Virus record (IMG/VR): IMGVR_UViG_3300011934_000017
Span: 124,001-188,000 of that record
Reading direction: 5' to 3' (one strand)
DNA length: 64,000 nucleotides
The notes below the pieces were generated by a model. That model was not told where the DNA came from, did no database searches, and saw nothing but the letters and a program-made list of their open reading frames with translations. Positions 1-8,668 of this stretch are shown one piece after another; the first letter of the stretch is position 1; each line of letters starts with the position of its first letter. The position numbers and the translations under genes are program-made.

Positions 1-487
1 CGGGCAATACTGTATTATCAGGCCACCAATCAGGAGGTGGTCGCCTCGTCCACTTGGCAAACGTCTTATCACACAGGTAAAACACATGATATGCTTGAAC
101 GGCATCATCGCATTTATAGGCTTCAGGCATTGCTTGTGCGAAGTCAGTAAGGCCAATATCAGAAAGATTCTTTGGAGGATTCTCTAAGGCTTCTCTACGT
201 TCAAGGTACGTGTTGTGAACTTTGCCGTATCGATACTCGTACTCTGCACAAAGCTCCTCAAACAACTCAAACAACCAAATATAGTTAGACCGTGAAGCAT
301 ACGACCAGAGAGAACAAGGATGCTTTGGATTAAACGACTTGCAAAGGCCATCATGCGTAGCGTTATCTAACAGCAGATGACCTTCGCTCAACATCTGTGC
401 CGTCTCAATAGGCATCTTGATGATATGTTGGTCGCATTGCATTCGTGCGGCTACTTTAGGATTTCGATCCAGCACGAAGATGTTCAC
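1..487 (-). CDS. denV: Pyrimidine-dimer DNA glycosylase / endonuclease V-like (3' end runs off the window; not in ORF track)
   Basis: Manual translation from GTG at 487 (SD AGAGGA upstream): MNIFVLDRNPKVAARMQCDQHIIKMPIETAQMLS...HPCSLW...NYIWL...YGKVH...FAQAMPEAYK...VQAY, the typical Pyr_excise pattern. Confidence 0.85.
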   Translation of the reverse strand, partial: MNIFVLDRNPKVAARMQCDQHIIKMPIETAQMLSEGHLLLDNATHDGLCKSFNPKHPCSLWSYASRSNYIWLFELFEELCAEYEYRYGKVHNTYLERREALENPPKNLSDIGLTDFAQAMPEAYKCDDAVQAYHVFYLCDKTFAKWTRRPPPDWWPDNTVLP

Positions 488-644
488 GATGCGTTCCTCT
501 AAAGAATCTTGAGTCAGGCTTCTTAGGTGTTTCAACTAAAGCGTTAAGCTGTGCACCTAAGTCTTTGGACTGTTTCTGACCTGCCAGAAGTTCTTTGAGA
601 AAATCGTCGTCGCTCATTGTCATAATGCGCTTGTTATTCGTCAT
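456..644 (-). CDS. small hypothetical protein
   Basis: Fills the gap between mgtC and denV with short overlaps; no recognisable motif. Confidence 0.5.
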   Translation of the reverse strand: MTNNKRIMTMSDDDFLKELLAGQKQSKDLGAQLNALVETPKKPDSRFFRGTHREHLRAGSKS

Positions 645-1305
645 ACTTTTCTTCCTTTCGTTCGCGTAAAAGAGTACGGCGTTTTTTAGCCATGCGGATC
701 AAATCACCATCATACCGAGACTTATGGTAGAAAATAAGTTTGGTCGCATCGGCTAGAACATCGTCAAATGAATCTACAACAATCAAGATAATCGCACCGA
801 GAGTTGAAACTTTTATAGCCGTAGCGATAGCACCTACACCAATACATACACCGATCGAGGCTAACAGCCAAACTGTCGCTGCGCTAGTCACACCGTTAAC
901 GCTGCCTTTCTTCGTGAACATCACACCAGCACCAAGAAAGCCAATACCTGAAACGATCTGTCCAATTATGCGGCTTGGATCAGTAACGATAGTAGCATCG
1001 GACATAGGCATATTGTTAGCCATGTGAATTGATACAGCCACAAAGATGTACGAACCTAAAGAAATGAGCATTGACGTTCTCATGCCTATAGGCTTCTTGC
1101 GTAGCTGTCTTTCCCAACCTAAAATGCCGCCACAGAAGAGGGCAGCGAATACGCTTTTCCAGCTTAAAAGACCAAGCTCGGTTATTTGACTCCACACCTC
1201 TTCAATAGATTGACCTGATAAAAGAACCAGAGCAATCGAACCTAGAGCTAGAGGAATGACAGACAAAAAGATTGACGGCATTTTACGCCGTTTGAATATA
1301 ATCAT
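634..1305 (-). CDS. mgtC: MgtC/SapB family membrane protein
   Basis: GGILGWERQ...GMRT..L.SLG, DPSRIIGQIVSGIGFLGAG and GVTSAATVW motifs; several hydrophobic helices. Confidence 0.92.
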   Translation of the reverse strand: MIIFKRRKMPSIFLSVIPLALGSIALVLLSGQSIEEVWSQITELGLLSWKSVFAALFCGGILGWERQLRKKPIGMRTSMLISLGSYIFVAVSIHMANNMPMSDATIVTDPSRIIGQIVSGIGFLGAGVMFTKKGSVNGVTSAATVWLLASIGVCIGVGAIATAIKVSTLGAIILIVVDSFDDVLADATKLIFYHKSRYDGDLIRMAKKRRTLLRERKEEKYDE

Positions 1306-1317
1306 ACAAGATTGCCT

Positions 1318-1818
1318 TTAAGGAGTAGGAAAATCAATATCAAGAAGTTCAGCCGCCTCGATCAAGGTTGCTTCAACTCCTACTATAGTAAAGCGTTTAG
1401 CGCCTTTACCGTATAGAGGTGAGAGTAGAACATTGCTTTTCTCTTCTAAGGCGTTTTCAGTTATCACGCTTTTCTGTTTGCCGTCTAACCAATCAGTTAT
1501 CTGTCGGAATACAGGATAAGATATGCGGCATATTGTCGTTTCTTCCTCCTCTACAAAGTAGTCAACGGTCAACAAAACTCTGCTAATCTTTTCAGACTGA
1601 ACTATCCACGAGTACGTCTTAGGTTCACCTGTTTGTTTGTCAAACGTTTTAGGTGTTCTACGTGTAACGGCAGGGCAACCAAACAATTTAGGAACTTCGT
1701 CGAGTATGCCTATCACCGTGTCTTTCTTGGCTATCTGCTCTTTGATGTTTCGTGTGACGGACGGTGTTTTAACTTCATGACCGTTACGAAATCGAGGACC
1801 ATCTATAAGTCTAAGCAT
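1318..1818 (-). CDS. hypothetical protein
   Basis: 166-aa ORF in tight co-oriented operon. Confidence 0.7.
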   Translation of the reverse strand: MLRLIDGPRFRNGHEVKTPSVTRNIKEQIAKKDTVIGILDEVPKLFGCPAVTRRTPKTFDKQTGEPKTYSWIVQSEKISRVLLTVDYFVEEEETTICRISYPVFRQITDWLDGKQKSVITENALEEKSNVLLSPLYGKGAKRFTIVGVEATLIEAAELLDIDFPTP

Positions 1819-1831
1819 TACAAGGACTCCG

Positions 1832-2347
1832 TTATAAAATAACTTGGGGAAACTGTTGCAATCTTTTCAGATTAACGGCTTTTTGTTGGGGTGTATATTT
1901 CTTAGTGGAATTCCAAGCCCACTGAAGTAAGGCTTGTCGCTGTCTCATTCTTTTGCTTTCATCTTTTAAATTTCCGGACTTGGTAATCTGGCCTTGGTGA
2001 CGCGCAACAAAAGAACACCAGCGATTGATCTGCCACTCGTCTTCTTCGCCAAGTCTTCTACCGTGAAAATAGTTGCAGTACCATTCGAACCAACCGCCGG
2101 GGTCTGTTCGAATCCAACCATTCTTTTTCCACTTGTAAAGAGGCAGACGGGAAGCTACTTCAAACTTGTTGATTGAAACGTCACCCGGCACACCGCGCGG
2201 CAACACGTTCTTATGTTTGTACCACTTCTTGGGCAAACCTTCAATCGCTCTGACATAAGTGCCTTCAAACACACCAAGCTCGATCATCTGTAAAGGCGTA
2301 TAGGAAGGCGTAAACTTTTCAGACCACTCTGGATACTTTCTAGGCAT
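1832..2347 (-). CDS. conserved Trp/Arg-rich protein of unknown function
   Basis: FTP..TP..M...GVF.GTY...DP.GWFEWYC.YF.GRR...D..QI.RW...RQ.LLQWA pattern; first gene behind a conserved promoter. Confidence 0.75.
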   Translation of the reverse strand: MPRKYPEWSEKFTPSYTPLQMIELGVFEGTYVRAIEGLPKKWYKHKNVLPRGVPGDVSINKFEVASRLPLYKWKKNGWIRTDPGGWFEWYCNYFHGRRLGEEDEWQINRWCSFVARHQGQITKSGNLKDESKRMRQRQALLQWAWNSTKKYTPQQKAVNLKRLQQFPQVIL

Positions 2348-2374
2348 AATTGATCACTCTGAGTAAGAATACGC

Positions 2375-2467
2375 GAACGTTAACAAGCGCCGTAACCAAA
2401 TTAACAAGCGCTCTAAGCTCTTGACTAGACGCACTTTCATTATATCATACTCATATATAGAAAGCAA
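2375..2467 (-). promoter_or_regulatory. sigma70-type promoter (TTGCTT-17-TATAAT, extended -10 TG) plus 28-bp downstream element, copy 1
   Basis: -35 at 2467-2462, -10 at 2444-2439, element AATTTGGTTACGGCGCTTGTTAACGTTC at 2402-2375. Confidence 0.85.
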
Positions 2468-2474
2468 ACAAAGC

Positions 2475-2495
2475 AAAAAGGCCCCGTAGGGCCTT
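2475..2495 (-). terminator. intrinsic terminator after recA
   Basis: AAGGCCC-TACG-GGGCCTT followed by T tract on the minus strand. Confidence 0.8.
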
Positions 2496-2499
2496 AGTT

Positions 2500-3990
2500 T
2501 TATTCGTCGTCGTCTTCATCCGATACTGCCGCAGATTTTTTGTTGGTATTGGAAGCACGTTTGAAGTCTACCAAATACTCATAGCCCTTTCCAGTTGCTA
2601 CCTGTTTTCGTAGAAAGTTTCGGAACAACACAGGCTTTTTCATATTCAGTGCATCGCACAGTGTACGAATGTCGGAGCGATCACCTTCAATCATGGTTTT
2701 GAACTGCGTCCATGTCAGTGTGACACCGTCTAAAGGACTCTTGAAGTCTATGTGGTAAGTCTTTTCTTTGCCTGTAGACTTATCACGTTTCGTAACATCA
2801 AAACCACTCAGGAATTTGATCTTCTTACGGGTGCCTCCAACTTGACCTGTCATCTTCAGATATTGATACGCATCCCATGTCGCACAAAAGCCAGTAGCAT
2901 CACCTTCAGCATTCTCAACAACAAGGCGCATCGTGATGGTCTGGTTAGGAACACCCCCAAGCTTGTTCTTGTGGCTGCGAATCTTGATATAGCGGTACGT
3001 ATCATTACCGTCTGCAATAACAGACTCTTCTTCTTCCAACATACCTTTACCGTGCGGAATGCTGACAGAAGACATACGTAGGCGAACGTCTGAGTAAAAC
3101 TTCAGTGCGTCACCGCAAGGCTCAGTCTCGGAAGGACCATACATTGCCATAGGTACTTTACGAAGCTGATTAACGCCGAGTACCACGATACGCTTGGAGC
3201 GCATCATGCCTTTCACACGCTTTAGGCCGTCGGAGAACATACGTGCTTGAAGCGCCAGCGACTTATCGCCTTCTTCTTTCTCGTCTGCAATACCAGGAAG
3301 CATGGCAGGATAAGAGTCAGTAAGAACGATAGCCTGAATACCTCCATCTTCAGCAGGAACACGAAAGCGATTGGTCTTGGTGAAGTATTTCTTGTCGTAT
3401 AAACCTTTAAGCGCTTTCTGATTCTCTTTGGTGTTATCGTAAATGAAATACCATTTGCCGTTCATTCGCACTTTGTCAGGCAAGACTTTACCCATCTTAG
3501 ACAGGTAGTTAAAGAATTTCTCGCCTGTGTCAGGAGCGTAGTAACGAACACGTGGTGCTACTACCCATTCTCCTGTCACGTCATCACGAACACCGAAAAC
3601 TTTCTCTACATCGCCGCTAACACCCATAGAGTGCATGATGTTTTCAATGTAGTCAGCTTGCGAACTACCTTCATAGTCAAAGTAGCTTGCAAAGCCTTTG
3701 AAAGCTTTCTGACCCATGATAGACGCAAGAATGGTCATGGCTGTTGTAGACTTACAGGACTGCTCGCCGCCGAAGCATGTATACCAACCACCACCTAACA
3801 TGCCTCCAGCTAACGCAACATCTAGCGATAGCAGGCCGGTACTGAATCGAGGTTCGTCTTTATCAATAGCCATAGAAGAGAGTCGAAACTTCTTTTCCAT
3901 GCTATCAATTTCAGCATCAATATGGGAGTAGGGATTAAACGCAGGAACCTCAGCTTCTTCAACACTTGTGCTTTTCTTACGCTTTGCCAT
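2500..3990 (-). CDS. recA: RecA/UvsX-like recombinase
   Basis: STG..SLDVAL.GG, Walker A GGEQSCKST, LTDS, ALQARMFS, GVNQLR, GDALKFYSDVRLR. Confidence 0.93.
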   Translation of the reverse strand: MAKRKKSTSVEEAEVPAFNPYSHIDAEIDSMEKKFRLSSMAIDKDEPRFSTGLLSLDVALAGGMLGGGWYTCFGGEQSCKSTTAMTILASIMGQKAFKGFASYFDYEGSSQADYIENIMHSMGVSGDVEKVFGVRDDVTGEWVVAPRVRYYAPDTGEKFFNYLSKMGKVLPDKVRMNGKWYFIYDNTKENQKALKGLYDKKYFTKTNRFRVPAEDGGIQAIVLTDSYPAMLPGIADEKEEGDKSLALQARMFSDGLKRVKGMMRSKRIVVLGVNQLRKVPMAMYGPSETEPCGDALKFYSDVRLRMSSVSIPHGKGMLEEEESVIADGNDTYRYIKIRSHKNKLGGVPNQTITMRLVVENAEGDATGFCATWDAYQYLKMTGQVGGTRKKIKFLSGFDVTKRDKSTGKEKTYHIDFKSPLDGVTLTWTQFKTMIEGDRSDIRTLCDALNMKKPVLFRNFLRKQVATGKGYEYLVDFKRASNTNKKSAAVSDEDDDE

Positions 3991-4003
3991 TCTATAACCT
4001 CAC

Positions 4004-4025
4004 AAAAACTGGCCGAAAGGGCCTT
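4004..4025 (-). terminator. GGCC hairpin plus T tract just upstream of the recA RBS
   Basis: GGCC-CTTTC-GGCC-AGTTTTT on minus strand; short stem. Confidence 0.5.
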
Positions 4026-4032
4026 ACGAAAA

Positions 4033-4100
4033 AGGATACATATCTAATAGTATCGTCTTTTAGATATGTATCCTACTCGCCGAAACTGAACGAGTAGGAT
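4033..4100. repeat. two overlapping perfect inverted repeats (15 bp and 10 bp)
   Basis: AGGATACATATCTAA 4033-4047 / TTAGATATGTATCCT 4060-4074; ATCCTACTCG 4070-4079 / CGAGTAGGAT 4091-4100. Confidence 0.9.
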
Positions 4101-4194
4101 ATTCGTGCCATCTCTATATGTCATCTATACGTTCGGTATTTCTGTCATTGCGCCCGTCTGCAAACTGTTACCACAAAAACAGCGGTTGCGGCGC

Positions 4195-4344
4195 TCACAT
4201 ACTGCCTACTTCTCGGGGCGGCATCAACCTTGAGCAATCTTGATCGTGTTTATAAACGACCTCAGCTACACTACACAGGTTCACGATAATCGGCAGTTGT
4301 GGTACTGCCACCCAAAGCAGTAGGAGAAACAATATGTATAGCAT
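4195..4344 (-). CDS. 49-aa small protein with hydrophobic N-terminus (below ORF-track cut-off)
   Basis: Strong SD TAGGAGA 5 nt before ATG; MLYILFLLLLWVAVPQLPIIVNLC... Confidence 0.5.
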   Translation of the reverse strand: MLYILFLLLLWVAVPQLPIIVNLCSVAEVVYKHDQDCSRLMPPREVGSM

Positions 4345-4377
4345 AAGGATCTCCTATTGTGCTTTGCTCTTTAGGGA

Positions 4378-5481
4378 TTATTCATCCCAGTCGTCTTCAT
4401 CATCATCAAAGGATACTTTCTTCTTCGATGATTTCTTTTTCTTTACAGGCTTTTTCTTCTTCTTCTTAGGTGCTGGCTCGTCTTCATCTTCATCGTCGTC
4501 CAGATCAACCTTCTTTTTCTTTACAGGCTTTTTCTTTTTCTTTACAGGCTTTTTCTTTTTCTTCTTAGGTGCTGGCTCGTCCTCGTCTTCATCTTCATCG
4601 TCGTCCAGATCAACCTTCTTTTTCTTCTTGGTTGACGCGGAAGAACCTAGATCAACATCGTCGTCCAAATCTTCATCCTCGTCATCACCGCCTTCAGACG
4701 TGGATTCGTCGCCAAGAATTTCCATGCGCTTGAAGTCTTCGGCAGCTTGCTTTTCAGACATACGACCTGCAATATCCAAAAGCTCTGGCGTTAGCTGCCA
4801 TACGAGGTACTCGCCTTCTTCATCGCTGAGTGGTGTGCGACCATCGACCTTGTCTGCACTGTACTTGTCAGAACCAGAAGCTTTCGGCTTGTACTTGATA
4901 TTCACGTCAACACCGTACTTCGGATGTGATATATCAAAAGCTTTCTTTTTACCTGTCTTCTTGTTCTTAACGATGTTGGTCTCACCGAGTTCTTGCATAC
5001 GGGAAACCATAGTATTGGTCAGACGGATAACGCGAACAGGAGTCCAAGACTTAGACTTGATATCTTTAAAGCCAGTCTTCTTTTCTTGCTTCGCCAATTC
5101 TGCTTTTCGAGCAGGTTCGTCTTCTTGTAGATCGCGGACGATAGCGTTCACAAGATAAAAGTGCTCGCTACGCATGGTTGCTTCTTGACCACCTTCGGTA
5201 GACAAGTCACAATACGGGCAATGCGCATCAAGCGGCTCTTCTTCGTTTTCTGGATTAAAGCTTACACAGAAACGCGGAATGTTAACCAGCTTCTTTTCTT
5301 TGCCTGCGTAAATCTTGATCCAGTGACGGCGAACAGGTAGAATGTCGGCCTCTAAGAAACGCAGTTGTACCCACTCGTCGGGATGATCGGTAAACTTATA
5401 GATATCTATAAGCTCTTCAAGACGCAACGAATCACGGTTGCCTGTCTTGGGTTTCATTTTACTAAAGCCTTTACCAGACAT
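4378..5481 (-). CDS. single-stranded DNA-binding protein, T4 gp32-like, with blocky acidic/basic tail
   Basis: RFL...RRHW, C...CPYCDL, YLVNAIV pattern as in gp32; lies next to recA; duplicated DDDEDEDEPAPKKKKKKPVKKKK tail. Confidence 0.7.
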   Translation of the reverse strand: MSGKGFSKMKPKTGNRDSLRLEELIDIYKFTDHPDEWVQLRFLEADILPVRRHWIKIYAGKEKKLVNIPRFCVSFNPENEEEPLDAHCPYCDLSTEGGQEATMRSEHFYLVNAIVRDLQEDEPARKAELAKQEKKTGFKDIKSKSWTPVRVIRLTNTMVSRMQELGETNIVKNKKTGKKKAFDISHPKYGVDVNIKYKPKASGSDKYSADKVDGRTPLSDEEGEYLVWQLTPELLDIAGRMSEKQAAEDFKRMEILGDESTSEGGDDEDEDLDDDVDLGSSASTKKKKKVDLDDDEDEDEDEPAPKKKKKKPVKKKKKPVKKKKVDLDDDEDEDEPAPKKKKKKPVKKKKSSKKKVSFDDDEDDWDE

Positions 5482-5524
5482 AGTAATCTCCTGTCAATGA
5501 AATGAAATGAATGTGTTCGAGCAC

Positions 5525-5532
5525 TATTTACA
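5525..5532 (-). promoter_or_regulatory. TGTAAATA motif (candidate phage-sigma promoter)
   Basis: Intergenic, about 45 nt upstream of ssb, correct orientation. Confidence 0.6.
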
Positions 5533-5534
5533 GT

Positions 5535-6551
5535 TTAAGAAATGCCTTCTTCTCGCATCTGGTTTTGCATCAAGGCCAATTCGTCGGCGGTAAAATATTC
5601 ACCTATGTCAAGGTAAAGCCTAGCACACCCAGAAATATCAGCATGTTTAGCTAAGTACATAACGATAGAGTCCGTTTCACCTCGTTCAAAATCGTGGTGT
5701 ATATCTTGGCCGTCACCTAAGACATTGTGCAAGCTTTTGGAGTCGTCTTCACCTGCAAGTTCATCTAGGCTGACGCTGTGATTCATAAAGCCGGTGTTTT
5801 TCTCTGCAATCTTTTTACGGTGGGATTGAGGAACGACATAGGCAATACCGTATTCGTGCTCTACCGTATTGCAGGTCTGAGCATTGAGAATCCACCAATT
5901 TAGATAGGAAGTCAAGGCACCCTTGTTACTATCATACTTATCAATCGCCAGCAAAATGCTTTTAAGAATAGACTGCCGAACATCATGAAAATCAAAATTA
6001 CTTCCGTTTGCATCTATGTGGATTTTGGCTTGCTTGGAAGAAAGCTTTAGATAGTGGTCTAACACTTTGGATCGACATTCATAAAATTTGGCTAAATAGG
6101 AAGCACTGATAGACATAATGCGATAAAAGCCTTGTCTGTCTGTGCGAAGCTGTGAAGCCTGTTTGTCCAATCTTTGCTTTAACTGGAGCCTGTGATTTCT
6201 ATCTGTCGTCATCATAGTGCTGTAGTCAGACAGGTAGTTAGGAAACATACGAAGAACTCTGCCTACGAAAACGTGCAGGAAGGAGCGTTCAAGCCTAGCT
6301 TCTCGTAGGAGTTCGAATTTCTCTGAACGATCCTCAGATACAAGAAACCTACATAGAATTTCTACAGTACGCTCTCTAGGCAAAGAACTGGGTTTTCTTT
6401 TCCTGTTAGCAGACACCAGCACTAAAATATAGGAGACCTGTTCATCAAAAACATCAGAGTTTAATATTATGGGCTCTAAAGCTTTATACAAGAACAGGTC
6501 CATCACTTGCTGGATCTGCTCACCTGTCAAATTTTTAGCAAGCAGAGTCAT
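5535..6551 (-). CDS. phage-encoded sigma70-family RNA polymerase sigma factor
   Basis: Region-2-like DVRQ...LLAIDKYDSNKGALTSYLNWWI; region-3-like SVSLDE. Confidence 0.78.
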   Translation of the reverse strand: MTLLAKNLTGEQIQQVMDLFLYKALEPIILNSDVFDEQVSYILVLVSANRKRKPSSLPRERTVEILCRFLVSEDRSEKFELLREARLERSFLHVFVGRVLRMFPNYLSDYSTMMTTDRNHRLQLKQRLDKQASQLRTDRQGFYRIMSISASYLAKFYECRSKVLDHYLKLSSKQAKIHIDANGSNFDFHDVRQSILKSILLAIDKYDSNKGALTSYLNWWILNAQTCNTVEHEYGIAYVVPQSHRKKIAEKNTGFMNHSVSLDELAGEDDSKSLHNVLGDGQDIHHDFERGETDSIVMYLAKHADISGCARLYLDIGEYFTADELALMQNQMREEGIS

Positions 6552-6559
6552 CGTGTTTC

Positions 6560-7261
6560 CTACTTTTTGAAGTGTTTGCGTACCGCGCGAATGATAAAGC
6601 TGTCGATATTAGTTTTGCTAGGCATGGTACCTGTTTCGGATACGTCCGAAGTGCTTCGGTATGCAATTAAAATATGTTTGGCATTAAGTTCTTCGCCGAC
6701 GATCTTAAAGAAACGATTGGGAATGGAGAATCGAACACCTGCCGTAGCATTGATATACCAGTTCAAGGCTTCTTTGTATTGCTCCAAGTCTTCTTGAAGA
6801 CTTACCTTGTATTCATCCTGCCCTTCTATATAGCGGAGAAGTTCCTTTTGTTCGTGTTTGGCCTCACCAAATTTGTTACGTACTTCATCTAGCGCAGTAA
6901 CGGCTTGTTGGAGCTTAGCCCGTAAAGGTTGTACTTCTTTGTCTTTCGCTTCAAGGTCGGAATTGTGCTGAGCTTCATCCTTATTTTTCTGGGCTTGAAG
7001 CATTTCCACATCGACCAAAGAATCTGCTTCACGCTCAATGAACAGGTCACGTTGAGTACGCAACGCTTTTAGGTTGGCTTCCAACTGCTGACCACGAACC
7101 TGGGACAGATTTAAAGCCTGTTCTGTACGGACAGCCCGTTGATAAAGCTCGTTGTTTTTTGTCGTAACATCGGTCAGTTGAGAACGTAGTTGGCGAATTG
7201 TTTCTTCCAAAGTGAACGGTTCTACGTTTTCAACGACTTCGGTATCTATATTATCAGACAT
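6560..7261 (-). CDS. coiled-coil protein
   Basis: Long heptad-like L/E/Q/K-rich helix. Confidence 0.7.
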   Translation of the reverse strand: MSDNIDTEVVENVEPFTLEETIRQLRSQLTDVTTKNNELYQRAVRTEQALNLSQVRGQQLEANLKALRTQRDLFIEREADSLVDVEMLQAQKNKDEAQHNSDLEAKDKEVQPLRAKLQQAVTALDEVRNKFGEAKHEQKELLRYIEGQDEYKVSLQEDLEQYKEALNWYINATAGVRFSIPNRFFKIVGEELNAKHILIAYRSTSDVSETGTMPSKTNIDSFIIRAVRKHFKK

Positions 7262-7262
7262 T

Positions 7263-7931
7263 TCATTTCTCTTTTCGAATTAGCTCACGAGCGGCCGCTA
7301 CAAGATGTTTGCAAAGACCTGGCGCCATGGACGGGTTTGTTACTACGGGTGGTTCGCCGTTGCCGTACACAATACGACTAGCGCCATGTGCAGCATTGGC
7401 ATACTCAAACGTGAATACATAGGATTCACAACTGCAGGAGCATATAATCTTTCTATGTCGATTAATAGGCTTCTTAGCAGGATTGTTTTCTTTATCCAGC
7501 TCAGCACCTATGATGAAAGTGTTGTGCTTCCGTCGAACTTTGTTCGGTCTAAAAGGGTCGTTCGTTATTGCTACTGCTTTTAACGCAGGCAGTCCAGAAC
7601 GTGTTTTGGTGATCTTCTTTTCGTAAAGCTCAACGTCTTGCGAGTTGTTCACCATGAGTCTTGGTGTGCCACGCACAAGCTGGCGCAACGTCATACCTTT
7701 GCGAGACAAATCCGTTTCAGGTAACTGCTTTGGTGTCTTCGGATTCAGTCCTGATAGCTTGTAAGAATAGTTTGGACGACTCACTTTTGCTTTCTTTGGT
7801 TTTCTCGCTTTAGTCTTGCGTTCCATGTCAGAAGATTTAGACTTTCGCTTTGATGCTTCTACCTTTGCTTTGCTTGGTCGTCTGCTTTTGTTATTTTTGG
7901 ACAAAGGAAGCGCTTTGTGTTTCTTTTTCAT
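7263..7931 (-). CDS. SWIM-type Zn-finger protein with basic N-terminus
   Basis: CSCSCESY...LCKHL (CxC...CKH). Confidence 0.7.
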   Translation of the reverse strand: MKKKHKALPLSKNNKSRRPSKAKVEASKRKSKSSDMERKTKARKPKKAKVSRPNYSYKLSGLNPKTPKQLPETDLSRKGMTLRQLVRGTPRLMVNNSQDVELYEKKITKTRSGLPALKAVAITNDPFRPNKVRRKHNTFIIGAELDKENNPAKKPINRHRKIICSCSCESYVFTFEYANAAHGASRIVYGNGEPPVVTNPSMAPGLCKHLVAAARELIRKEK

Positions 7932-8005
7932 ATAAAACCTCCAGGTTGTCTCTCAAATTACAGAAGCAAAACGCCCTTAAAGTCGAGACATACTAGCTAT
8001 TTACG

Positions 8006-8668
8006 CTATTTGGTTTCAGATTCTTTTTCCACCAAACTGAGAAATTGTAGAATAGAGTCTCTGGACCAGTTGTCAAATGTTTTTCCTACGACCGTTCCAT
8101 CGTACTTGGTTTTTGGATCTAACTTGAACCAGAGAACTTCAATAAGCTCGTCCGTTTCTAAAAGGTCTTCATCTTCTCCTAGAAATTTCGAAGAAGGTCT
8201 TGTGTCTGATCTAACAGTTTCTTCGTGGAAGAGATTGCGCCAGCTTTTAGGTTCTGACTCTTCGAACACCATTTGCTGGCCGGTGTGTTCTACAAGCTTA
8301 GCTTTCGGTCCAATGATGTTACTCATATTTTCCATGATACGGGAAAACACCAGTAAATCCATAGAACTGAAATCATCATCTTTGATGCTGAGTGTGAAAG
8401 TTGCTAGCTTTGCAGTTTCCATCTTGCTCTCCTTAGAATATGGGGATTCTGGTTCAGGAATAGGAGTCTCAACAACATCGAGAATTTTAGACATAAAAAG
8501 CTCGTCCTGTTCACCGTGCAACCAAAGGTGAGAGTCTTCCTCTAGTTCCTCATGAAACGGCTCATAGAACCACTCTAATAAAACCCACTTCTTGAAAGGC
8601 TTTCTATGATTCATAGAGGTCAGTACCCAGTACCAACCTGGCTTTCTATTTTTGTCGTTTGTGTTCAT
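8006..8668 (-). CDS. hypothetical protein (possible internal start at 8422)
   Basis: 220-aa ORF; in-frame ATG at 8422 has SD AAGGAG. Confidence 0.65.
   Translation of the reverse strand: MNTNDKNRKPGWYWVLTSMNHRKPFKKWVLLEWFYEPFHEELEEDSHLWLHGEQDELFMSKILDVVETPIPEPESPYSKESKMETAKLATFTLSIKDDDFSSMDLLVFSRIMENMSNIIGPKAKLVEHTGQQMVFEESEPKSWRNLFHEETVRSDTRPSSKFLGEDEDLLETDELIEVLWFKLDPKTKYDGTVVGKTFDNWSRDSILQFLSLVEKESETK

Noticed and set aside
2106-2115. tRNA T-loop-like GTTCGAATCC
   Set aside because: It lies antisense within a protein-coding gene and has no cloverleaf around it.
3340-3660. Insertion in RecA as a possible intein
   Set aside because: No Cys/Ser start with a His-Asn end and no LAGLIDADG motifs; it is too short and looks like a lineage-specific loop.
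4334-5158. 274-aa plus-strand ORF (poly-S/F)
   Set aside because: Antisense shadow of the K/D/E-rich ssb gene; low-complexity codons lack stops on the other strand.
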